A DNA stretch of 64,000 bases, from assembly GCA_003971905.1 (NCBI GenBank), contig RSEE01000026.1, positions 558,001 to 622,000 of the forward strand, in the 5' to 3' direction. This DNA is from Moniliella sp. 'wahieum' (taxonomy: Eukaryota). Numbering within the stretch: position 1 is the first letter of the stretch; every line of letters begins with the position of its first letter. The position numbers were made by a program, and so were the translations under genes. The notes beneath the pieces were generated by a model, which saw only the letters and a list, made by a program, of their open reading frames with translations, was not told the DNA's origin and did no database searches. Below, one piece after another: positions 23,614-35,357 of the stretch.

Positions 23614-25544
23614 TCGTCTTGTTGCCCCTTTCTCATCAAGCTCATCGAGGTCATCTCAACCATCACTGGACAATGTGCGTTTGCTCATCTTCGTATCTAT
23701 TCCCTTGCTCCTTCTTTGCTTCCTTTTTGCATGATGGGAGCGCCACTCTATCGCTATACCAACACACACTTTCCTTCTACCTCGCTCCCCACTGTACTTT
23801 TTGACTTGGCGCCAGCCCAAATCATACGCACAATCGCAGTCCACTATATACGTCGTCTTGAAACCAAATGCGGGCACCACGACTTGTGGCTCACCACTTT
23901 GCCTTCACGCCTTGTCTGACGGCTGCTTTGCAGCTGACCCATAGGATCGCGAGTGCTCCCAAGTCGCACTTTAGAAGCTTCGTCTGCTTCGCTCTGTTAA
24001 CATCTATGCCAGTGCGATGGGGCTTAGACAGGAGGGGGTTACCAAAAAGGGGTCGATCAACAGTCAGCATCCTCGATCAGTGGGAATCCTTTATCCCACC
24101 TTCCATTCTGGTCCCTTCCCACCTTTCTTGGCCAACTCCTGATTGAGTATAATAATACAGGTACCCTCTCTCCACTTAGCTGCCTACCTCGTCCTCTAGC
24201 TTTCCATCCGCCCAGTCGCGCGAGCCTTCCTTCAGCGGCGTCGATTCCCCCTACCACAGCGTATCGCGTGGGTTCCGTTTACAGCTACGCCGACAGCCGC
24301 CCCTGTCCAGCTTCACCCCTGGTAGTATTTTCCCTCCACTGCACCTACCCGTCTCTAAGCCCCGGAGGATTCAGACACGGTACTACCCTCACGCCGGCGC
24401 ATAGGCAACCTTGCCAAGCGTGCGGCCGCCTCAGCTTCACGCCCAAAGGCTTCTCCTCGGCTCGGATCCACCAAATAGCCCAAGCCCGAACTACTGTGAG
24501 TCGTGTACCACACTCACATCTCCTCCTTGCTCCACCACTCCGCCTTGTGCCACGGTTACTCTTTGCACCACCGCTCCCCTTTTAAGGTAGTGGAGGGACG
24601 CGTCGACGCGACTCTTGTCATATGCCCGAAATTATTGGCGTAGCCAGCCCCCCCCCCTGTCACGTGCAGGTCGCCGAGCAGTAGGGTTGTTGGCGGATTT
24701 CTTTGCACCCTATATGGAAAGTAGAGATCCTTCTCAAGCTTCAAGCATGCCAGTGCGTGGTGACCGGTGAACGTAGTACTGAACGTACTGAACACGGTAA
24801 AGGGCCCATGAGTACTGTACTGAGTGCGCCTGGGATGAAGAGGCTTGAGGGTTGAAGCTTGAAGCTTGAAGTCAAGCTTGAAGCCAAGTTCAAGATGGAG
24901 GCTCTTAAAGCTATCTTTTGGGAGAAAGGCTTGAAGCTGTGGTCACTGACCACATGACCTGCATGACCGTACAGGTACTGAGCGCTGGGCCTTGACCTCA
25001 AGCCCTCAAGCTTCAAGCCTCAAAGCCTCAAGCTCCTCACCTCAAGCTTCAAGCCTCAGTCTAAGGCGCTGACGGCGCTGAGGCGCTGAGGCCTCACCAG
25101 TAGAGGAAGAGGGCAGTGGAGTGTGGGATTCCTTCGCCGCCACCCCCGTGTGGCGCCACGGACCGATGACCGCGGGGATCGGTGACCGTCACTCGCTCTT
25201 CCGCGTTGCTAGTTCTCGATCTCTATATCTGTTGCTAGTCACATGTCACATGCATCACAGTCACTGGCGCCGCTCTCGACCTGGGTCTTTCACGAGGTGC
25301 CCCATATGCCACAGCTACTGAATCTAAGCGGCTAGCGAGGGCCAAGTTTTCATGCTCGGACCCCCCACCCTTTGATCCTCCTGAAGGTGTTGTTGCAGCG
25401 GGCACAGCTCTGTCCACTAATATGGTAACGCGGAAGAACGCCGAGGCAGTCATGTATTCATGATGGATAGAAGATCGTACTAAGAAATGGGTACGCTCCG
25501 GTGCGGTATCTTGGGGATCTACTGCCTTCTTGTGGGTTTAACGT

Positions 25545-26398
25545 TTAACGTTTAGTGGGCAAATGGGCAGGCTCCGCCCGACTGGGACACGGCGCCCAGT
25601 GAGGGCAAGTGGTCGCCTTGGCAGCCTCTTCGCCTTCCAACGGTTCCACCTCCACGCCCCGCTCGCCCGCTTCGCGCACAATCTCATTGAAGATGGACAT
25701 GGGGTCGTACCAGATCTCGATGCTCTCGATTTGGAATTTGTCATTGACCTTGGCGACCATCAAGCCTTCGATGCTCAGGATCCCACCGTGCGCCTTGACC
25801 CGCACCATTTGGCCGTTATTGTTGCGGCCAGTGTAATCGTTCTTCATCACGCCCCAGTGCCTCCACTTGGCCGCGACGGTAGGTGGCCCCGAGTAGACCT
25901 CAGTCACTTCCCACACGAAGCTGGGGATGGTCCGCTTAAAGCTCTTGTGGGACGCTTCAAAATTGTTGTGCTTGGGGTCGTAAAACTCGCTCGATCCCAG
26001 CAGAGCATTGTACGTCCCAACGCTCAGCATGTCATTCCCTGAGATCTTCGGCCCGCCGTTCATGCTGAACGTGTACTTGCTCTGATCGACCGTGCGCCAG
26101 TCGCTCAGGTTGGACTTGTAGCTAGCCTCAATCTCCCAGTTCTTGACCAGGTTCGACACAAGGTCGGGCAACGACCCGGCTTCCCAGCTGGTCGTCTTGG
26201 CTGGGTACACAGAAACGCATGTGGTTAGTATACCGGAATAAGTGAGGTGGCATAGTAGACAAGTGGGGGGTACTAGGACATACACTGCTCAAAGTACTCG
26301 CGGCTCTTCTTGTAGCTGGGTACCATCTTGTGGCGCCATGTGACGCCCTCGTCCTTGAGGACAGCGTTGGGGTCGGTCATGTAGTCGGGCAGGGACAT
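25545..26398 (-). CDS. 'Pathogen-related protein' family (SnoaL/NTF2-like fold)
   Basis: 'PDYMTDPNAVLKD..V.WR', 'GSLPDLVSNLVKNWEIEASYK...DWRTVD', 'GTYNAL', 'F.WEV.EVYSGPP.VA.KWRHWG'. Intron 26201-26283 (GTATGT..TACTAAC..CAG); TATATATA near 26510. Confidence 0.85.
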
Positions 26399-27118
26399 GG
26401 CGGTAAAGTTGCTGGGGGAAGAGGAAATAGGGAGATGTGGGTGGGTAGAGAGAAGGTAGGCAGGGAAGAAGCACAGATGGTATAGAGGCAACCTACAGAA
26501 CGAGGGTGTCTATATATATACCCCTTCGGGTGAGAAGTGCGGCGGTTGATAATCGCTTTGTAATAAAGGCTAGCAAAAAGGGACCAGTGTCAGATGTGGG
26601 AGAAGGGCAGGATGCACCCTGCCGGAAGCACGCTCAGGCTGAGCGCTGATCGATGTCGATGATCGTTGACCGGGTGGCCAGGAGTCACTTCAGCGATGCA
26701 GTGGAGGGCCTCACGGCTGTGCGCTGTGACCCTCTCGTGCACTCATGTGGGAGAAGAAGGGTTTGTGGGCCTTCAAGCTTCCGAGAGGAAACAAGGGTGG
26801 CTGATACGCAACAACGTTGTTGGCGCGGTAGGGGTGTTACATGTTAGTCCTTAGGACCGCGCAGGTGGGCTGTGGGGCGGGCGGCGCTCTTGGCAACGCT
26901 TCGTAATTAATGGTTGGTGATCGGGCTAGGGTGGGCTAGGGCAGGCTAGTAGGGCCTATAGGACCCAGCCGGGGGAGTGTGGATGTAACATGCGGTGATT
27001 GGCTTTAGAAACGTCACGCGTCAAGCACGTCAGGATCCGCGGCTTAGATCGTGGTGTGGAAAAGGAAACCATGATGGTGTACTCCACATCGCTCAACGTT
27101 TCCAACGTCCAAAGCCAG

Positions 27119-27168
27119 TGAAGCTTGAAGCTTGAAGCTTGAAGCTTGAAGCTTGAAGCTCGAAGCTA
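27119..27168. repeat. (AAGCTTG)n tandem array, 5 perfect plus 2 degenerate units
   Basis: Read directly; an oppositely oriented (CTTCAAG)3 array lies at 27350-27374. Confidence 0.95.
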
Positions 27169-27870
27169 GCGACTGAGATCACTGACTACTAAAGTCACTA
27201 GTCACACTAGCTGGTAACGTTGCTAGCTCTCTACTGATTATTACTCTGGAGGCCCTGAGGCTCAGGTCTGAGGAGGCCGGAGATAGCCGGTAGAAGGCGC
27301 TGAGTGGTCGCATAAATCTGCGATTATTCATCTTTTTTCAATCTTCGGGCTTCAAGCTTCAAGCTTCAAGCTTCTCGTCAACTTCCCATCGGCTTCATCG
27401 TTCCTGCAAGCTTCATCGATCATCGAACATCTTGCTCATACGATCGGTCATCGTCGGAACCATTAATCGGAGCGACACCGCATCAGACATTTGCAACGAA
27501 ACCCCGAAAAGAGGGGATCATCGATCAGCGCTGCTCAGCTACGTGTTATCGGCCCCCGCCCAGCCGGCGCTGGGCACGTTCCGAGTGGAGGCGTGTGGTG
27601 ACAAGTGGCTGTGGCAGAGCCCCCACAGGCGGTGCTGGGTGGTGGCATGGTGTCACCGGCAGCCCCGTTTCGCGTTGTGGGACGGACAACACAAGCCACG
27701 GACACACGCCTGCACGCGCACGTGGAGTATTCCATGCCATGTACCATGTCCCCGGCGTCCAAGCCAGTTGTCCAACCGACTAATCATAATCACCCCCGCG
27801 CGGTGGGGGTACCATGGCGGCCAAACGTCCAAAACCCGCGGACCGGCAAAGCCCTGGATTGCAAAGCCCT

Positions 27871-27920
27871 GGTAAGCCAGGGCAAGCCAGGGCAAGCCAG
27901 ATCAAGCCAGGGCAAGCCCC
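27871..27920. repeat. 10-bp tandem repeat (GGCAAGCCAG)x5, degenerate
   Basis: Read directly. Confidence 0.85.
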
Positions 27921-28403
27921 AAAGCCCAACACGGCCCACCTGCCCCACCGCCATTTCGGATCATCGATCATCGATCACATGTACAAGTAAATTTTCCCGG
28001 GTGCTACGTACACGGTACACGCCCTACAGCGCCACACAGGACCTGAGACATGTGGCCACCCTCCCAACTCCGCCAGTTGCGTCTTTTCCTCGCCTGCCAC
28101 ACTATCTGCACCCTGTCATGGCCACCCTGTCCCGCCTTCTCTACATACTAAGTAAGTCCTACGGGCAGCGCTGAGCGCCTGAGCGCTCACATGTTACAGC
28201 GCTCGCTCAGCGTGGTGCAGCTGGGTTTCACGGGTGGTGCGCACTGGAGGACGACGGCTACCGCGGGGGGGAGTGTTCCTATGCGCTGCCGAAGCAACGT
28301 TGTCTTCCGCGGTCTGTTCTCTCTCCGATTTGCTCTCTCAGGCGCTCAACGTTGTGACGTTGACGTTGAGGCCGTAAGGCCGAAGCTCAACGTTGAGTTC
28401 AAC

Positions 28404-28462
28404 CTTGAAGCTTGAAGCTTGAAGCTTGAAGCTTGAAGCTTGAAGCTTGAAGCTTGAAGCTT
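28404..28462. repeat. (CTTGAAG)8 tandem array
   Basis: Read directly; related arrays at 24853, 25006, 29793, 30275, 30468 and 30502. Confidence 0.97.
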
Positions 28463-31099
28463 TAATTGAGTGAGATGAGCCTGAGAGCGTTTAACGTTTA
28501 ACGTTCGACGCAACGTTCAGGCTGAACGTTGAACTCAACATGCAAAGGACCGTGTTGCGACCCTGCCAGTTGCGGCCTCTAGTCTCCGATGCTTAGCGCC
28601 TTTTGACACCGAGGCTCAGTAACTGAGTCGACTATCAACTCCTCAGGTTCAGCGCTGATTAATGATTAGTCAGGATGACATTGTAAGACCGAAGGAACCC
28701 AAGGGGTTGGGCGATGAACCTCTGGAAATGTAGAGCAATGCAATCGCGGTGGTGGTGGTTGGGTCTAAGCCTTAGGCCTTATGCCACACCTAGAGGAGGC
28801 AGGGGTTCAAACAAGCCTGAGTATACACGGGAGGCTTCGGAGGTCAAATGAGGAGCAAAAGGGGTGATAAGGCGCCTTGACCTATGTACGGGGCCGCGGG
28901 TCCCAACAGACATATAGCAGCACCGACCAGGCCGATCAGGTCCTCACGTCCTCAGACCCCTCAGGACGTTAGAGGTGGCCAGAATGTCGGAGCTCAAGCT
29001 CTCAAGCCCTCAAGGCCTCAAACCTTGTAAACGTTACAAGTAACTAGCAAAGCTAGTAACTATTAACGTTACTATATAGTTACTCTTTTAATTCCCTGAC
29101 GATTCCGGAGCGTCGTGCCGAGCGTCGAGCAAGACACTGCCTTTTACATGTTACACGTTACGCGTTTTACGCGTTACATGTTGCAGCGCACAACAGGAAC
29201 AGAAAAGGGTTGCGTGCTGGATCAGCAACAGCTTCCATATGCTCTCTGTACCGGGCATACTAACAGGGCGTACCTTTTGTCCTTGTATTTACGAGCTTTG
29301 CTCAGCGCTCACTCTCAGACCGTGCATTACATGCACGGTAGGAGCTACGCGTTATGATTATGCGGCCCCTCCGGGGCTCTCTCCATCGCATTCCCACCAC
29401 AACAGTTCATCACATTCATCGACATCGACCATATCGATCATCGATCATCATATACCCTGTACTAACGTTCAGTCGGCACCGGAAGCCCGAGTGCCTGATC
29501 GATGGCCTTCGATGGCTCACTAAGTACTCACCAGTTACTAGTTAGCGCTTAGCGCTTAGCGTCGACCACTCCCTCTATCTCTCGACACCATAGTAGTGCT
29601 TGAAATTGGCGGTAATCTGGTCAGGGCAATGCCCTCTTCTACACTATGGCTTTTGATACACGTTTTTCACGGAGCGATTAACGTCGATCACAATGCCCGG
29701 TCACGCGGTCACGCGTCACGGTGACCCGTGCCGGTCAGGACGACAAGTCAACCATATCAGAAAGAGCTCCGCTTAGATCTCAGAAGAACTCATGAAGCTT
29801 GAAGAGCTTGAAGCTTGAAGCTTGACGCTTGAAGCTTGAAAAGACTTTGGGGCTTACCAGTGGCTTGACCGATCTTGCCGTCCTCAAACAAGCCTCATGC
29901 ACCACCTTTTTTACGCCGCATCGCATTCCACCATCTCTCACACGTGTGAATCTCAACCTTACCATGGATTCCCCGTATCTCACCATCCCACACCTGAGCG
30001 TCTGACCTTCCTTAGGAACTCAGGCAGTCAGGCACTCAGGCACTCAGGCTCCACAAGCCTCACCGGCACCACGCGTTCGGGCCTCAGGCCCTGAGGCTTC
30101 AGGCTTCCCCATAGGCCTTCTTATCGGGCTCATATCTCGGAACGTACCTGCACGGAACGGACTGTGGCCATGGAGCAATATACGGTCTGTTTGTTGGCGA
30201 GATGCACATCACACACTCACCCACTTTTGCCGTCGGCACGATCTGAAGAGGATCTGAAGCTTTTGGAGCTCTTGCTTGAAGCTTGAAGCTTGAAGGGAGC
30301 CCGAAGGCATGAGAGGCTCTTCTTTTGAGGCTTCAGGTTTTCAGGCCTCAGGATCAATGATACGCTGCGAGCGGCGAACGTCACCAGGTTGATCAGGTTC
30401 TTCCATCGAACGTTCAACGTCGTTCAACGAGAATATTCCCGCGTCTGTGCGTTTTCACCCTTCACTTTCAAGCTTTTCAAGCTTCAAGCTGCATAAAGCT
30501 AAAGCTTGAAGCTTGAAGCTTGAAGTACAAGTAGCGTACGTGCCGCTCGATTCCTTTTCAAGCCGGTGACCAAGTCGCCTATCTCTTCGTTCACTTGAAC
30601 CTTCTGTCCATAGATGCCATGGTTAACAAGCCCTTATTCTGAGATCTGAAGTCTGAAGTCTGAAGCTTCATCTGAAGCCTGAACATGAACATTGAACGGC
30701 GGTGAACCCGGTGAGCGGTTCGAACGATGAGTATACGTTTGAGCCTACTATAGGCCGCGCTCAGCTACGCGCGACCAGCAGCATCTCAGTATTCACACTC
30801 CACACAATAGTTGCGTCGGGCCGCATCCTGTACTGACCTCTTTCTCGCGAGCTTGCTGAGGTGCCTACGTTTCTTCCACTATCACAGCGTCCGCGGCGTT
30901 TCTATACACACTTTGGACCATAATACCCTCCACCCTACTTCTCAATATTTTCCCGGGCTATGCGCCGGCGGGACTGAAAGAGAGCTCTCGAGGTGGCGAA
31001 CTTTCGCCCCCCTTAAGAGCTTAGCCCAAATGCGCCAAAATGCTTAGCTGTTGATTGGGTACGTGTTTGTAGGCTCTCTAACCGGCTGGCTGGATGGGG

Positions 31100-32000
31100 C
31101 TGGCATCGATGCAGATTTACTAGATTTACAGGCAGGGAAGGTATTTGTTAGATATGGAATGGATGCATTCGAAGATCGCTGGGAAGCGATTACACGGCAA
31201 CCACGGTTCGGTGGTATGTAGGACAGAAGCACCACAACGTACTAGAGCAGTGAGCGGCACGTACAGAAAGTGGAAGGTTAGTATGAGGGGAGTGTGCACT
31301 ATAGGGAGAAGCTGGCCAAGTCAGCAGCAGCACAGGGTTAGCGAGAAACACAGAAGATGTGCGACGGACTCACGGGTCAGGCGATCAAGTCGGCCAGTAG
31401 CAAGGGCAAGCGGATGAAGTCAGAAGTACACGGTGAGGCGAACAAGGTCAGGAACAACGTCTCGGCATATAACAGAAGGGGAGCACGACGGCGAAACAGG
31501 TCAGATGAGTCGAGGCGAACAAGGCGAGACGAACCAACCGTGGGATTCCGTGCATGCAGCAGCTGGGCAGATAGTGTCAGAGTGGCAGGGCAACTCCAAG
31601 CGCGAAGGACGGGGGACGTATGATGGCAAGGCAGACCAGCCAAGTGAGAGGACCACAGGCTAGGCAAACCATGTAAGCGAGACAGCCAAAGTGAGCAGAC
31701 GGACAAGGGTGGCTCGAAGGCGAGCGAAAAAGGTGCGTGCACATCACGCATGCGACCCACAAGGTCAGCAGAAGCGAGGGGAATGCGGAGGAAACGGGGC
31801 ACGTACGATGGCGCTGCGGACCAGGTGAAACGATGAAACGAGGGCAAGATGGCCTGCGAGGGGCAGTCTGTGTAGGCAAGGTCAGCAACAGCATGGGCGG
31901 GCAAGACAACACGTACGACAGAAGCAATGCAGACACAGTGAGAGGGGGAAGGGCGAGAGGCAGAGGGGGCGTTCAACAGCGATACTGACGAGGCGATATA
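31100..32000 (-). ncRNA. Putative spliced long non-coding transcript
   Basis: Minus strand is pyrimidine-rich with five donor motifs (GTACGT x4, GTGAGT) and about 14 CTRAC branch motifs. Well-formed introns at 31868-31916 and 31312-31373. No convincing ATG-initiated ORF in the putative exons. Confidence 0.45.
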
Positions 32001-32512
32001 GATTTGGTGTCAGTCGTCAGTCGTCAGTAGCCAGGCCATAGGGAGGTGCGCATCCCGGACCCATCGGCGCCAACTGTAACTCTCGAGACGTGTGTGAAGA
32101 TGGGGCCGTGGGCGGAGCTTTGACATGATGCGCATGCGCATGCGCACATACGCTTCTTTTGCCGGCAAATGGAGCCAGATGACGGATGACTGTTACGCGT
32201 CCCACTCGTAGGGGCATGGCTGAAGCGAAGGGGCGGTTATGGAGTAAGAGGCCCGACGGTGACGCGTGGGATGCAGCCCCAAATGGCTGTCGCGACAAGC
32301 GTCTCTCTGCCACTATGCCCGCCCGTGTCCCCAGCTGCGTCACATCCCCCCTCCTACCTACCCTGCACACCGCGCTCTCTCCGTCGCCCAACTGACAGTA
32401 TCGCATCGTCCTCTCGTATCTCATCCTCGCTATGCACACCACACCCTAGCCCTAGAATAAAAAACATTAAAAAACAAAGATGGTTCATGCGCTCTTGGGC
32501 CCATCCACATGT

Positions 32513-33430
32513 TTAGTTGGCAGACGAGATGTAGAACCACTTGTCCACCGACGGGTCGATCGCGGCCGGCGGCAGCGGGTTGGAGCGGGAACCTGGGTTC
32601 CGGGGCAAAGCCCTTGGTGCCCTGGAAGCGACATTGGTGATGGAGATGCTGCCAGGGTCCGAAGTGCCTTCCACCAGACGGGTCCAGGCCTCATGGCACT
32701 CGTGCACAATGCCCGTGGCGTAACGGCGGTTCTTAGCTTCGCCCGAGAACGCAAACTGGTTCTCCGGCTTGCCGTCGGGGATTTGTAGATGCGGAACCAT
32801 TCGTTGGTGGCGCGGATCAGACCTGGCAACTGGGTCTCTACATCCCAATGTCGTTTCAGCTTGGATGCGAGTGGGTCGTTGACATCAATCACAATCACCT
32901 TCCAGTCCGTCTCGCCCTCGTCCAGCAGCGCCATCACGCCCAGCACCTTGACCTGCTTCACCTGCCCGTGTAGCCCACTTGCTCTCCAATCTCGCACACG
33001 TCAACGGGTCATTGTCGCCCTTGGCCTTCGTGTCGGGTGCACTTGCTCCGGGTCCTCGTACGTCTGCGGGAAGGCACCGTAGTTCCAAATGTACCCCTTG
33101 TGCGGGAAGCAGTTGCGCACAAAGCGCAGCTTGCCCTTCTTAGTGTCTTGCTTGATCGGGTTCAGCGCATCGTCCTTGCTGATCTCCTGCTTGGCGTTCG
33201 ACCAGCGCGGAATCTCCACCACCATGTTCAGCACCGTCTTGTCCTCATTGGCGTAGAGCGGAATGTCGTGAAACGGCGACACGACCTTGCCCTGTTTTTC
33301 AATGTAGACGCGGTAGTCTGCGGCGCGTGGGGGTCAGCGGGGGCCGGTGGCACGGGACGGCAGGAGCAGAGAGGCGCAGCGTACCGAGGGTGTTGGCAGC
33401 GCCAACCTGATGGGTCTTGTACTCGGACAT
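32513..33430 (-). CDS. IPP1: Inorganic pyrophosphatase (family I)
   Basis: '[10 protein letters not shown]', '[15 protein letters not shown]', '[34 protein letters not shown]', 'KGDNDPL', 'DEGETDWK', 'PDGKPEN.FAF'. Intron 33318-33384. Confidence 0.97.
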
Positions 33431-33909
33431 GGCGGGAGGTGGTTGGGGAGGGGTCCGAGCCAAGCCGCCGATTCAGAGCAGGAAGGAGGCAGCGACGGGG
33501 TGGCCAACTCACAGCCCCCGCGGCGGCTAACCCTAGAGGCGGTTGCGTGCGTCGTGGGGGCACCTGGCCTGTGCGCCGCCGCGCGGAGAAGCTCGGCCAT
33601 GTATATCGACGCCCAGTTCAGTTCATATTTCATTTCCGCATTGCGCATGCGTGCTCGCTCGCCCTGGCCGCACGTGACGCGTGACCCGTGATTAATGATT
33701 AATGATTCCGCTCGGGGCGCAGGCGGCGAGTGTGGGGCATTTGCCCGGCGCACCCGGCTGTAGCACCCCCGCACGGACCGCGTAACGCACGCGAGCTTGC
33801 AACAGAGGACGCAATCACTAGCAAGACCCCCCGGCCCTCCGGTCCTCCTGCCCCCCCCCACTCCTCCTTCTCCCCCTTCATGCACCTCCAGCCCACCTTG
33901 CGCCAAGCC

Positions 33910-34758
33910 ATGTCCCGCCGCAACCTCGCCTTCTCCTCCTCCGCCCCGCCCCGTCTACCCGCTGGGCCAGGCCCCTGCCCACGCCCTCCCCGTGACCAAC
34001 ACATCGTCGTCGTCCTTGGCGCCGGTCCCGGCGTCGGGGGATGCGTTGCTACCCAATTTGCCCAGCTGGGCTACACTACAGCCCTCCTCTCCCGCAACCA
34101 GGCTCGCCTCGACGAGCAGGCGTCGCAGCTGCACGAACTTGCCTCGCAAGCTCTCGGTACCGACGCCGACGGTGTGCTGTCCAAGGGCTTTGCGTGTGAC
34201 GCCACTGACATGCAAGCCATTCGCTCCGCCATGGACGCTGTCGCGGCCTACTGGCCCCAGAAGAAACTCGGCACGGCAGTATACAATGCCTCGATTCGTG
34301 TTCGTCGCCCCTTTCTTGAACAGACCGACGAGGACATCCGCTCCTCCGTCGCTGGAAGCATCTATGGTGGCTGGGCGTTTGCCCAGGCCGCCCTGCGCGC
34401 CATGTCGGCGCACGGGCAAGGTGGCACGATCCTGGTTACCGGAGCCAGCGCCTCGATGCGCGGCCGGCCCGACTTTGCCTCGTTCAACGCGGCCAAAGCA
34501 GGTCTGCGCGCCATGACCCAGTCCATCGCCAAGGAGTGGCAGCCGCAAGGCGTGCATGTGGCGCACATTGTGATTGATGGCCTGATCGCCTCCAAGCGCG
34601 GCGGAAAAGTTGTTGGCGTTCCGGACGGACAGAGGTTCCCCGACCGCTTTGTTCTCCGTCCCGAGGAAATCGCCAAGACGTACCTCTTCCTCGCTCAGCA
34701 GGACCCGGATGTCTGGACCCATGAGGTCGACCTCCGCCCGGCCAATGAGCACTTTTAG
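33910..34758 (+). CDS. Short-chain dehydrogenase/reductase, intronless
   Basis: Rossmann motif 'VVLGAGPGVG', 'VYNA', 'TGASASMRG', 'FNAAK.GLRA..QS.A.E...GVHVAHIVIDG', 'WTHEVDLRP'. Divergent from IPP1. Confidence 0.9.
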   Translation: MSRRNLAFSSSAPPRLPAGPGPCPRPPRDQHIVVVLGAGPGVGGCVATQFAQLGYTTALLSRNQARLDEQASQLHELASQALGTDADGVLSKGFACDATDMQAIRSAMDAVAAYWPQKKLGTAVYNASIRVRRPFLEQTDEDIRSSVAGSIYGGWAFAQAALRAMSAHGQGGTILVTGASASMRGRPDFASFNAAKAGLRAMTQSIAKEWQPQGVHVAHIVIDGLIASKRGGKVVGVPDGQRFPDRFVLRPEEIAKTYLFLAQQDPDVWTHEVDLRPANEHF

Positions 34759-35357
34759 GATGGAATCTCGCTGGACACTTTTTGAACCCCGATTGAGAGA
34801 TGCACTGGGTTTTGTTTGGCTTTTTGATAGTTCGTTTTTTTAGGTGGTCAGAGAAGATCTCATCACGGCCATGGTTGGTGCCTGTAGATTTTCATCAGAT
34901 CAGATATGTTTTTGAGTCAGAGGTCAGCTCATGCAGGAGCGTGGGCTATAGATGGTCCTGTCGTTTGTGCACTTTTGCTGCGCGGGCAGATCCGGCGCTT
35001 GCGTCTTATTCGCATTCGTATTTGCCCACCGGCCTTAGCCATCCAGCGGGCCGCGTGAAAGAAGGCCCAAAGGTGGAGGTGACTTTTTTTTGGAAGAAGG
35101 CGGCGCTGGGGGCAAGCGGGCGAGGCGGCAGGGCGTGTCACTTTTGTCTGTGTGGTGGTTGCTGGCCTCAGAACTGTCAAGCTTGACTTGCGTATACTCA
35201 GGTGAAGCGTGTGACGTCACATGTACGCTTTAAGTACGATCAATTACGATTCCGCTCTCCATTTTTTTTCGGCAACCAAGACACGCGGAATGGCGGGTGG
35301 ACTAGAGTGGATCTCGGTAGACAACCGAGGCCGCGGCTAGGGCGCCTCTCCACCTCC

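Noticed and set aside
24720..30700. AAGCTTG arrays separated by unique DNA as a CRISPR-like array
   Set aside because: Array length and spacing are irregular, there is no fixed repeat-spacer unit and no cas genes, and the genome is eukaryotic.
31334..31341. CTAACCCT on the minus strand as a telomerase RNA template
   Set aside because: Only 8 nt, shorter than the TAACCCTAA-type template I would expect in fungi. It sits inside a predicted intron, where CTAAC is explained as a branch point.
26500..32400. Centromere call for the gene-poor interval
   Set aside because: No marked AT enrichment and no recognisable retroelement remnants; it cannot be supported from sequence alone.
34480..34500. SDR catalytic YxxxK replaced by FxxxK
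   Set aside because: FxxxK is usual in this SDR subgroup (TGASAS.RG...F...K; WT.E.DLRP), so it is not novel.
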